A DNA stretch of 64,000 bases from a virus: IMG/VR virus record IMGVR_UViG_2623620549_000002, positions 1,871-65,870 of that record, one strand, 5' to 3'. The notes below the pieces were generated by a model. The model was not told where the DNA came from. It made no database searches and saw nothing but the letters and a program-made list of their open reading frames with translations. Below are positions 55,992 to 64,000 of the stretch, in pieces. The position numbers and the translations under genes were made by a program. The number at the start of each line of letters is the position of its first letter. The first letter of the stretch is position 1.

Positions 55992-56822
55992 ATGCCAAAT
56001 CTCCGCATCATCTACGACAACGCCGCTGACCGCGCGGTGCTGACCGCATCGAGCCAGGCTGACGCGCTGGGGCCAGCCAACCTGCAACGTGAAGGCAAGT
56101 ATGACGTTCTGCGCTCGCTCGGCCTGACCCTGACCATCACCGCCACCTGGCCCACGCCCGAGATCGTCGGCTGCGCGGCCCTGCCATTTTGCAACCTGAC
56201 GCCGACGGCGACGATCCGCGTGCGCGGCTATGTCGAGCCAGGTGACGCCGTGCCCGATTTCGATACAGGCATAGTATCGGCCTGCGAATACGCTGGGCTG
56301 GGCATGTGGGACTGGGGCGCGCTGCCGCTGGGCGTGAATGCCTATAGCTACGGCGGCGGCACGTACGCGCGCTGCTGGCTGCCGATGGTCAGTGTCAAAA
56401 AACTGGTGATCGAGCTGGCGGACCCGGACAACCCGGCAGGCTACATCGAGGCGGCGCGCTTCGTGACCGGCCCTTACTGGAGTCCCGAACTAAATGCTTC
56501 GTATGGTGCTGGCGTCACTTCAGTCGACACCAGTACCCAGAATAGGGACGGCGCTGGCGGCCAGACCGTGGCGCGCGGCGCGCTGTACCGGAAGCTCACG
56601 CTGGCGCTCGATCATATGACACCGCTGGACAGGGCCGAGGTGTGGCGCATCCTGCGTGGCAACGGCCTGTCGCGCCCGCTGCTGGTCAGTTTGTATCCAG
56701 AGAGCGACGACGGTGAGCTTGAGCAGGCGCACCAGGTGTATGGCCGCATCGCCAGTAATTCCGCCATCACCACCCCGTATTACCAGGCATATGCCACCAA
56801 CATCGAAATCGAGGAAATGTAA
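55992..56822 (+). CDS. distal tail-like protein
   Basis: MPNLRIIYDNAADRA...YIEAARFVTGPYWSP. Confidence 0.65.
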   Translation: MPNLRIIYDNAADRAVLTASSQADALGPANLQREGKYDVLRSLGLTLTITATWPTPEIVGCAALPFCNLTPTATIRVRGYVEPGDAVPDFDTGIVSACEYAGLGMWDWGALPLGVNAYSYGGGTYARCWLPMVSVKKLVIELADPDNPAGYIEAARFVTGPYWSPELNASYGAGVTSVDTSTQNRDGAGGQTVARGALYRKLTLALDHMTPLDRAEVWRILRGNGLSRPLLVSLYPESDDGELEQAHQVYGRIASNSAITTPYYQAYATNIEIEEM

Positions 56823-58672
56823 TGAGCGCCTTTTTTTACTATGGCCAAAAGGATACGATCCGACGCCTGAATGAATTGGCCGGGCGCGGCGCCGTGGTGG
56901 CATCGTATGCGCCAGCGGTGGGGCGGTCGCCACTCGGTGGGGTGAATGGTTTTATTACGCCTGAATGGCTGGACCCGAGCATCCCAATTTTCACAAATTC
57001 TCCTGTCGTGGTGGGCGTGACCAATAAGTACGGCTATAGCTACATCGGCCAAAATCCCCCGACTGGCCTTTGGTATCGGATCGCCACTTTTGCAGTTGAC
57101 GGCGGCAGCAATGCACAGCATCTGCGTATTGACGGGGTTTTGAATGATAGCTGGGCAGCAAACGCTAGTTCCCCGTTCGTGCTCATGCTGGGCGTCCGGG
57201 GTGGTTTCTACTACGATTCGACGTTTAATGGCGCCGTTCCGATAAACACGCGTATGCAGGTTTTTCAGCAGGTGAACGGAACGTTTGAGGTTTACCTGAA
57301 TTTCCGGGCTGGTACGTTTGGATCGGCGTCCTTTAGCCTGCAGGGCTTTACCACTACCACATACGCACAACCTGTATCAGTAACAGCAATTCCATCTGGA
57401 ACACTGATCTACGATTCGGGCAACACTGCTATGTACCCGCCACGCATGAGGGGAATCTCCTCGTCCGGCCTGTACTCCGGCGCACAGAACGCTGTGCAGA
57501 TAAACAACGGCTTATTTATCGGTGACTGGACGACGGGCGGGTCTTACATTTTGAACTGCCCAGTTGGCACTGCAGCAGGCAGTGTGAACAGCGTCATTTC
57601 TTCGGGCATCGGCGGACTGGTCGGCACCTACTCGGCTGGCAGTATCGGTTGGTACGTGTCCGGCGGAAACGGAGCCTTGCCAGGCAAAGAAGGCTACCGG
57701 TATATCCTTCGAGCTTACGACAAAAACTCCAACACGACCTCAGCGGACATAGCAAGGTTTGGCGGGAATGGCCTGGTCTATATTCAGCTCTTAAAAGCAG
57801 GTAGCGGGGATGTTAATGCCCGGCATAACATCAGCCGAGGCTCTGCCCAGGGCGATGAGATACTTCATGTAGGTAGGGACGGTGCAACAAACCCTAGTGT
57901 GGCAGTCCTTGCCGCAGATGGTGCGGGCGGATGGAATGGCGCTAGCAGTGTGCTGTATGTTGGTAAGAATTCTGCGACCGGACGCAGCGTTTCTGTCCCA
58001 GGAACAGTAAATACGATGGGCAACGATTATGCCGAGTACATTTTCAAAAGCTCGACATGCAGCAGCGTAGCTCCTGGGCAGATTGTCGGTATCACCGCAG
58101 ACAATAAGGTTACCGACAAGTGGGCCGACGCCGTGATGTTTTCGATTAAATCGACCGCGCCCTCGTTCGTTGGTGGCGACTCATGGGCAAGCGACATAGG
58201 GTCGCGCCCGTCGCCCCAGGCAGGGCCAGCGCCGACCCAGTCCCAGCGTCGCGCCGATGTCATCACGCAGCAGCCACTGCCAGGGAGCAATCCGCCGGAA
58301 TTCGAGGACGTGGTAAGCGAATATGGCGATACCGATGACGAGTGGATCGAAAAGCAGGCCGCCTATACCGCCGCGCTGGCTGCTCACAACGCAGCCGTGC
58401 AGCAGGACGTCGAAGCCATGGCCGTCTTCGACGCGGCGCTGGAAGTCGAGCGCCAGAAGGTCGACCGCATCGCCATCGCCGGCCGCGTGCCGGTGAACGT
58501 GCTGGGCGCCCAGCCGGGCGATTACATCGTGCCGGTCCAAGATGGCGCCGGTGTCACGGGCATTCCCGTCCACCAGGCGGACCTCACCCATTTGCAGTAC
58601 CTGCAGGCCGTCGGCCGTGTGATTTCGATTGAGCCCGACGGCCGCGCCTATGTGATGGTCAAGGTCGTGTAG
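56822..58672 (+). CDS. tail fibre/receptor-binding protein with C-terminal autocleaving chaperone-like domain
   Basis: Gly/Ser/Thr-rich beta body; C-terminal NDYAEY...GQIVGI...IAIAGRVPV resembles Peptidase_G2/IMC chaperones. Confidence 0.7.
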   Translation: MSAFFYYGQKDTIRRLNELAGRGAVVASYAPAVGRSPLGGVNGFITPEWLDPSIPIFTNSPVVVGVTNKYGYSYIGQNPPTGLWYRIATFAVDGGSNAQHLRIDGVLNDSWAANASSPFVLMLGVRGGFYYDSTFNGAVPINTRMQVFQQVNGTFEVYLNFRAGTFGSASFSLQGFTTTTYAQPVSVTAIPSGTLIYDSGNTAMYPPRMRGISSSGLYSGAQNAVQINNGLFIGDWTTGGSYILNCPVGTAAGSVNSVISSGIGGLVGTYSAGSIGWYVSGGNGALPGKEGYRYILRAYDKNSNTTSADIARFGGNGLVYIQLLKAGSGDVNARHNISRGSAQGDEILHVGRDGATNPSVAVLAADGAGGWNGASSVLYVGKNSATGRSVSVPGTVNTMGNDYAEYIFKSSTCSSVAPGQIVGITADNKVTDKWADAVMFSIKSTAPSFVGGDSWASDIGSRPSPQAGPAPTQSQRRADVITQQPLPGSNPPEFEDVVSEYGDTDDEWIEKQAAYTAALAAHNAAVQQDVEAMAVFDAALEVERQKVDRIAIAGRVPVNVLGAQPGDYIVPVQDGAGVTGIPVHQADLTHLQYLQAVGRVISIEPDGRAYVMVKVV

Positions 58673-58690
58673 CAAAAACGCATTCCCCAC

Positions 58691-58712
58691 AAACCCGCTT
58701 CGGCGGGTTTTT
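58691..58712 (+). terminator. intrinsic terminator after tail fibre
   Basis: AAACCCGC-TTCG-GCGGGTTT-TT. Confidence 0.75.
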
Positions 58713-58737
58713 CATTTCCACCACCTGAAAGGCATCC

Positions 58738-59166
58738 ATGGCCATCGAAACAACCGCCGCCGGCGGCGCACTGATTAAAATTTTTGGTATCCCGGTCCTG
58801 GCCGGCGCTGCCGCAACCTCACTGGGATTCATGTTTATGTGGCCAAAAACTGCCAAGGAAGCGGGCGTGCGCTTCTTCGTCACCATTCTGTTTTCCGCCC
58901 TGATGGGGCCGGCCCTGGTCGTGGTCGTGCGTAACTGGATGCCGGGCCTGTTCGACAGCGCGCGCGCCGTCGCCGTGCTGTACGGTAGCGACCCGGCGCT
59001 GGGCTTCCTGTTCATCGCCGCGCCTCTGATGGTGGCCGCCGGCCTGCCCGCCTGGTGGGTGCTGGGCGCCACGGTGCGCTGGTTCGACAAGCGCCGCGAC
59101 AAGGACATTGGCGAGCTGGCGCGCGATGCGGCCGCCGTTGTCAAGGACGTGCGGGGTGGCCTGTGA
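58738..59166 (+). CDS. holin
   Basis: Three TM segments, charged C-tail, directly before the endolysin. Confidence 0.75.
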   Translation: MAIETTAAGGALIKIFGIPVLAGAAATSLGFMFMWPKTAKEAGVRFFVTILFSALMGPALVVVVRNWMPGLFDSARAVAVLYGSDPALGFLFIAAPLMVAAGLPAWWVLGATVRWFDKRRDKDIGELARDAAAVVKDVRGGL

Positions 59167-59687
59167 GCGCCGTCACGCTGGTCCAGCTGCTGGCGATCAT
59201 GCCGCTGGCTCGCACGCGCGCGGTAGCCTTCCTGGCGCCGCTGAATGCGGCCATGGTGGAATTCGGGATCACGACGCCGGCACGCCAGGCTTCCTTCCTG
59301 TCTCAGGTGGGGCACGAGTCCGGCTCGCTGCGCTATGTGCGCGAACTGGCCAGTGGCGAGGCATACGAGGGGCGCGTCGACCTGGGCAACACGAAGCGCG
59401 GCGACGGCGTGCGCTTCCGTGGGCGCGGCTTGCTGCAGGTGACTGGCCGCGCCAACTACGCCGCCTGTGGCAAGGCGCTGGGCCTGGATCTGCTGGCTCA
59501 GCCTGAGTTGCTGGAGCAGACCGTCAATGCCTGCCGTTCGGCCGGCTGGTTCTGGCAGACGCGCGGCCTGAATGCCCTGGCTGACGCTGGCGACCAGGAA
59601 CGGGTGACACGCCGCATCAACGGTGGTGTGAATGGCCTGGCCGAGCGCCTGGCCTTGTACCGGGAAGCTCGCAAGGTGCTGGTGTGA
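59163..59687 (+). CDS. endolysin, glycoside hydrolase family 19
   Basis: FLSQVGHESG...YEGR.DLGN...DGVRFRGRGLLQVTGRANY...RINGG.NGL. Confidence 0.92.
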   Translation: MSAVTLVQLLAIMPLARTRAVAFLAPLNAAMVEFGITTPARQASFLSQVGHESGSLRYVRELASGEAYEGRVDLGNTKRGDGVRFRGRGLLQVTGRANYAACGKALGLDLLAQPELLEQTVNACRSAGWFWQTRGLNALADAGDQERVTRRINGGVNGLAERLALYREARKVLV

Positions 59688-60205
59688 TTGCGCCGGCCAA
59701 GCTGGCGAGCATGGTGCCTGGCTGGCTGTACGGCGCCGTGCTGGTATGCGTGGTGGCCGGCGCCGGCATGCTGCATCAGCGTGCGCAGGGCGACGCCCAG
59801 GGGAGGGCGGCCGTGCAGGCGCTGTGGGACGCCGACAAGCAGATCCGTGCGGCGGCGGAAATTAAAGCGGTGGCGCAGCGGGCCGCCGAGAATCTGGCGC
59901 AAGCCAGGCAACAGGCCGCCAGTGCGCTGGCCATCAAGAAAGTCTACGATGATGAAATCAACGATGTCCGCGCTCGCCTTGCTGCTGAGCGCATGCGCAA
60001 GCCCGCCTTCTGTGCAAGTGCTGGACCTGCCGCCCCGGCCGGTGCCGGTGGCGCCGAAGGAGGCGCTGCAGCCGATCCCGTCGGCGGGCTACTTCCTGAC
60101 GCGGTGGCGCGAGATATTCAAGCCTTGATCCTGCAAACGGAGGAAGTTGCCGCGACGGGCCGCGCATGCCAGTCATTCGTGCGTGAAAATGGCATGGCGC
60201 CATAG
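59684..60205 (+). CDS. i-spanin (Rz-like)
   Basis: N-terminal TM followed by coiled coil; after endolysin. Confidence 0.8.
   Translation: MIAPAKLASMVPGWLYGAVLVCVVAGAGMLHQRAQGDAQGRAAVQALWDADKQIRAAAEIKAVAQRAAENLAQARQQAASALAIKKVYDDEINDVRARLAAERMRKPAFCASAGPAAPAGAGGAEGGAAADPVGGLLPDAVARDIQALILQTEEVAATGRACQSFVRENGMAP
59949..60128 (+). CDS. o-spanin (Rz1-like lipoprotein) nested in Rz
   Basis: Alternate frame MMKSTMSALALLLSACASPP..., lipobox LSAC, Pro-rich. Confidence 0.8.
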   Translation: MMKSTMSALALLLSACASPPSVQVLDLPPRPVPVAPKEALQPIPSAGYFLTRWREIFKP

Positions 60206-60317
60206 AAGGGATGGCTGATTGTCGCTGCGCTAACAGCAGCAATCAGCCGGTGCCTGGTGAGTGGGCTTGGATTGCCTCATGGGAGGAATTCAACTTTACC
60301 ACTTGGAGGTACACATT

Positions 60318-61106
60318 TTGGCACTACCCATCATCCCCTGGATCGGCGGCAAACGACGCCTGGCCGACCGCATCATCCCTCAATTTCCGCCGCACACTTG
60401 CTACGTCGAGGTTTTTGCCGGTGGCGCCGCGCTGTACTTCATGCGGCCGCCGGCCGAGGTCGAGGTGCTGAACGACGTCAACGGAGAATTGATCAACTTG
60501 TATCGAGTCGTAAAAAACCACCTGGAGGAATTCGTGCGCCAGTTCAAATGGGCGTTGTCGAGCCGCGAGGTGTTCAAGTGGCTGCAGGACACGCCGCCAC
60601 ATACTCTGACGGACCTGCAGCGCGCGGCCCGTTTCTTCTACCTGCAGCAGCAAGCCTTCGGTGGCAAGGTTGATGGGCAGACGTGGGGCACGGCCACCAC
60701 CGCGCCACCGATCAATTTACTGCGCATCGAGGAGAATTTGTCGGCCGCACACCTGCGCCTGTCTGGTGCCTACATCGAGAACTTGGACTGGTACAAGTGC
60801 ATGGAGCGATACGACCGGCCTCACACGCTTTTTTACCTGGACCCTCCGTATTGGGAGACAGCAGGTTATGGCGTTGAGTTTGAATTCGCCCAGTACGAGA
60901 AGATGGCCGAGCTGATGGCCCGGCTGAAGGGCAAGGCCATCTTGAGCCTGAATGATCACCCGGATATCCGGCGCGTGTTCGCCGGTTTCCAGATGGATAC
61001 AACCGGTATCCAGTACAACGTGGGCGGAGGTGGCAAGGGGGTCGAGCGTCGGGAGCTGATTATTTATAGCTGGGATAGGGCGGCTGAGCCAGCTGGTCTT
61101 TTCTAA
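60318..61106 (+). CDS. Dam-like (D12 class) N6-adenine DNA methyltransferase
   Basis: TTG start after GGAGGT; PWIGGKRRL, YVEVFAGG, LNDVN, FYLDPPY. Confidence 0.9.
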   Translation: MALPIIPWIGGKRRLADRIIPQFPPHTCYVEVFAGGAALYFMRPPAEVEVLNDVNGELINLYRVVKNHLEEFVRQFKWALSSREVFKWLQDTPPHTLTDLQRAARFFYLQQQAFGGKVDGQTWGTATTAPPINLLRIEENLSAAHLRLSGAYIENLDWYKCMERYDRPHTLFYLDPPYWETAGYGVEFEFAQYEKMAELMARLKGKAILSLNDHPDIRRVFAGFQMDTTGIQYNVGGGGKGVERRELIIYSWDRAAEPAGLF

Positions 61107-61366
61107 ATTTCCACGGCTGTAGCCAGTTGCCAATGACGACGACGTCGCTCTGGCGCTGGCGGAAGACTGGTATACCGGCCGCTCTACGAGGGACAGATTG
61201 AAGCAATCTTAGGGAAGTGCTGATTAATTCGTTTTCCGGAAATTCGCTCTCTTATAAATAAATGGATTGCGGGAAAAATTTGGGGAAATCTGCAATTAAT
61301 CATCGGCTCCTTAGAGGGCTGCAGACTGCTTCATTGATAATGGACACATTATCTTCGGCCTATAGA

Positions 61367-62053
61367 TTATTGCCGTGCATCGTTAAGTAGCTTCTCGTTC
61401 TGCACAAGCCATATTTCAAGATCTTCGAATGCAAGTCTTGAATCCTCATATTCCCGCTCAAACATGCACATCGCTAGCAAGCATCCATTCTCGTGCATAT
61501 GAGAATAGAGAATTTCTGTCTGATTTGAAAATCTTGTTATCATTTCTTCTTGATCCGTAGTTGAGTAGCAAATTCGCATTCCCTCAAAGTTAGGATGCGC
61601 ACTTTCTGAAAGCCATGCATAAAGCTTGATTGTTCCAGGGTACTTTTTTTCGCATTTTTCGAGAATGGTTACTATGTTAGTTGCTTTCTGGTCCGTCATT
61701 TCATCGCGACACTGAAGGAGTAAATTCAATACTTTTTCTGAAAAAGTGTTGAAATTTAATTTTCCTAAAATAACACCTTCAATTAAGGTGTCCAAATAAA
61801 TAATTATAGCTAGAGTTTCAATCGATGCTCTTAATAATATTCTCGCTCCAATTGCTCTCTTTGCAGCGTGCAGCATCCAAGATTGACCCAAAATATCCAC
61901 AAAGCGCCATGCGACTGTTTCACGCAAACATAATATCTGATAGGTCACTTTCCACTTGTGAGCTATCGGGTTTCTTTTTCTAAGGCCAATGATATCTATT
62001 TCCTTGCACAAGGATTTTTGATAATCGCCTATTGCTTTCTCGATGGGGTGCAT
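61367..62053 (-). CDS. AT-rich protein, HEPN-like
   Basis: GARILLRASIETLA and YAWLSESAHPN, a helical HEPN-like pattern. Confidence 0.55.
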   Translation of the reverse strand: MHPIEKAIGDYQKSLCKEIDIIGLRKRNPIAHKWKVTYQILCLRETVAWRFVDILGQSWMLHAAKRAIGARILLRASIETLAIIIYLDTLIEGVILGKLNFNTFSEKVLNLLLQCRDEMTDQKATNIVTILEKCEKKYPGTIKLYAWLSESAHPNFEGMRICYSTTDQEEMITRFSNQTEILYSHMHENGCLLAMCMFEREYEDSRLAFEDLEIWLVQNEKLLNDARQ

Positions 62054-62162
62054 GGGACATCTCCTAATTTAAAAATGAAATTTTACAAATACGTTAAATC
62101 AGACAAATGGTAATTTCACTATATTGTAAGATCTACTCAATGAATTATCTGGCTGGTATAAA

Positions 62163-63722
62163 TTATTGGTTTGATGATAGTAGTTTATTTATTTTTTGCC
62201 TCGATAGATGAAATTGAGCGCGCCCGCTACTCCAATGTGTCATATTTTTAGTTATTGTCTCGGCCTGTTCGGAATAGGCATCCATACATAATTTTTTGAG
62301 TTCTTTGTTTCTTTGGTGCGCACCATATGTGTCGAGATGCATTTTAAATAACATGTATTGAGTTTCTGGGAGTTTATCCCGCTCCAAACATGAATCGAGA
62401 ATTTCAAAAATCCCCCCTTTTTTCTCGAACTCATATTCAGCAAGTCGCTCTAGGTCATCAATGGTGATGTAATATGTATTTTCCAGTGGAATCGGCAGGT
62501 ACCCAAACTTTTCTATAATTTTATTTGATAAATCGTGTTGTATTAATTCTTCAATCCTTGAGCCGGTGGAAATGTAATGATCTTGATGGACAACTACCAG
62601 TAAATAGCTAATCTTTTTGGGGAATTTAAAATGATCTGAAAGTATGTGGCAGCATTCCTGTCCTTGAAATATTGCTTTTATGTAACTCGCTTCTAATCGA
62701 GATCTTAAGACTTCAGGGTCATGTGAGGTGGCTACAAGACTATTTGGTTCAATTGCTTTTGAATCCAGAAATATTCTGCAATCCCCGTCAATTATAAAAT
62801 CAACTATCTTCCCATTCCTTCCTATATCCTTATAGAAATTTCTAATGTTAATTTCTGTATGGTGGTCAATATTTTTTTTGGTAAAAATTTCCTCTACATA
62901 TCTTTCAAGGGTTTCGCCGAAATGGTTTTTGAATAATATGTCATTTCTTTTTAGGAATTTTGAAACGAAATCGGAGGCTGATCTTAAAAATAAATCATTT
63001 TCAATAAATAGTAGAAAATTATCTATTATTAGAATTGGTTTGTTTATTAGCGGTGTTTCTTGGAAGTACTCAATTTTTGGATTGTGCGACAGTTCAAATT
63101 TCTTAAAATAAGCGGGCATCTCTTCTATTCTGATCCCGAAAATATTTATGACTAATGTTATGTCTTCTATCTTGACGCTAGGCGAAAGATGTCTTGCTAT
63201 ATCTTGAAGGGGTATTGATCTTGTTTTTGGATGTGCTGGTTGGGCCAGAGCTGATAAATACATGGTCACCTGATAAAAGTCATTAAGCGATACGCCAGTC
63301 TTCCTTTTGAAGCTATCTTCATAAAATTTATTTCCGGTTTTTGTAAACCAAAATTTTTGACGAATTAGTGTCATGATGTGATTTTGGAATGACTTCTGCG
63401 GAATTGTTTGTTGCATCAGCATCACTCTTAACTTCAGCATTAGATTCCCATCAGGTTTTATGTCAGCTGCCAAATGCTGAATTTGATGAATCTTGTCTGC
63501 AAAATAAAAAAACTTATCTGTAGTTATATCTTCGGGGCCGTCTCTTTGTGTTAGCATACTCCACTTAATTAAAAGAAATATTATGTGGGGCATTGACCTT
63601 GCTCTTTCTTCTAGTCCATCGCCTATGCTGTAGAAATAAGTCATAGATTTATCAAGAATTGATTTTCTGGAATAATTCTCAATACCTTTTTTAATTATTT
63701 CAACGGATTTTTCGTATGTCAT
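62163..63722 (-). CDS. AT-rich 519 aa protein with C-terminal PD-(D/E)xK-like nuclease motif
   Basis: LERYVEE...IVDFII...IFLDSKA; very low GC. Confidence 0.6.
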   Translation of the reverse strand: MTYEKSVEIIKKGIENYSRKSILDKSMTYFYSIGDGLEERARSMPHIIFLLIKWSMLTQRDGPEDITTDKFFYFADKIHQIQHLAADIKPDGNLMLKLRVMLMQQTIPQKSFQNHIMTLIRQKFWFTKTGNKFYEDSFKRKTGVSLNDFYQVTMYLSALAQPAHPKTRSIPLQDIARHLSPSVKIEDITLVINIFGIRIEEMPAYFKKFELSHNPKIEYFQETPLINKPILIIDNFLLFIENDLFLRSASDFVSKFLKRNDILFKNHFGETLERYVEEIFTKKNIDHHTEINIRNFYKDIGRNGKIVDFIIDGDCRIFLDSKAIEPNSLVATSHDPEVLRSRLEASYIKAIFQGQECCHILSDHFKFPKKISYLLVVVHQDHYISTGSRIEELIQHDLSNKIIEKFGYLPIPLENTYYITIDDLERLAEYEFEKKGGIFEILDSCLERDKLPETQYMLFKMHLDTYGAHQRNKELKKLCMDAYSEQAETITKNMTHWSSGRAQFHLSRQKINKLLSSNQ

Positions 63723-63888
63723 TTGATATATTTTTAAATAATTATGAGTGATTTTGGGGAATTTTTATTTTGTGCCTTTGTTAACTGTAGTGCTCTAAAA
63801 AAATACAAATGGATAAGGCCCGGAAATATCATCGGGCGATATTTTTGTTAAAATATTCGTGTGCATCTCTATCTGTTATTATTCTACT

Positions 63889-64000
63889 ATGTGCGCCGAC
63901 TACACCCCCAGCCGAAATGAGCAGATCGAAGACCATTTCGGTGCCCGATCGCCTCAGCTCGACTTGTTGCCTGGGGCATGGCCCGGCTACATGGCACCCA
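63889..64000 (+). CDS. SOS response-associated peptidase SRAP/HMCES (partial)
   Basis: Read manually: MCADYTPS...WPGYMAP; Cys2 N-terminus typical of SRAP. Confidence 0.7.
   Translation, partial: MCADYTPSRNEQIEDHFGARSPQLDLLPGAWPGYMAP

Noticed and set aside
53257-58672. Diversity-generating retroelement or invertible fibre cassette
   Set aside because: No reverse transcriptase, no TR/VR pair differing at adenines, and no invertase or inverted sites near the fibre genes; the repeat seen is an in-frame domain duplication
60211-60317. Com-like zinc-finger regulator upstream of the methyltransferase
   Set aside because: No CxxC...CxxC ORF can be read in this interval
1-64000. tRNA, rRNA, integrase or IS transposase genes
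   Set aside because: None recognisable; the only recombinase is the serine recombinase in the cargo block

Overview
The window is almost entirely one temperate, lambdoid-organised siphovirus prophage in a GC-rich betaproteobacterial host. Gene content and style suggest Oxalobacteraceae (Janthinobacterium/Massilia-like); this is inference. No integrase or att site is visible, so they probably lie left of the window. Order: leftward early operon (ASCH-like, RdgC-FtsK-gamma fusion, NinB, KTSC, YqaJ exonuclease, RecT; 1-7.9 kb); immunity region (secreted protein, CI, Cro, twin PL/PR promoters with TAAACA-N3-TGTTTA operators; 7.9-10.1 kb); rightward early/replication operon (KilA-N antirepressor, a TGT/DpdA-like enzyme, DUF1364, YdaU-type initiator, helicase-loader-like; 10.1-18.8 kb); a ~10 kb non-phage cargo block (SGNH, TfoX, MepB, a repeat-bounded gene array, diguanylate cyclase, large serine recombinase, D-lactate dehydrogenase; 18.85-28.8 kb); Q-like antiterminator, packaging, head, tail, fibre and lysis genes and a Dam-type methylase (28.9-61.1 kb); two AT-rich putative defence genes and the start of an SRAP gene (61.3-64 kb). 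The strongest leads are: (1) a cassette-like array of co-oriented genes, each bounded by a related palindromic repeat, next to a large serine recombinase; (2) antisense morons in the early operon that are each covered by a stop-free sense ORF coupled to the genes on both sides, giving an unbroken chain of overlapping ORFs; (3) a stand-alone TGT/DpdA-fold protein suggesting DNA base exchange; (4) an HNH-like moron flanked by a duplicated 5' end of its target gene.
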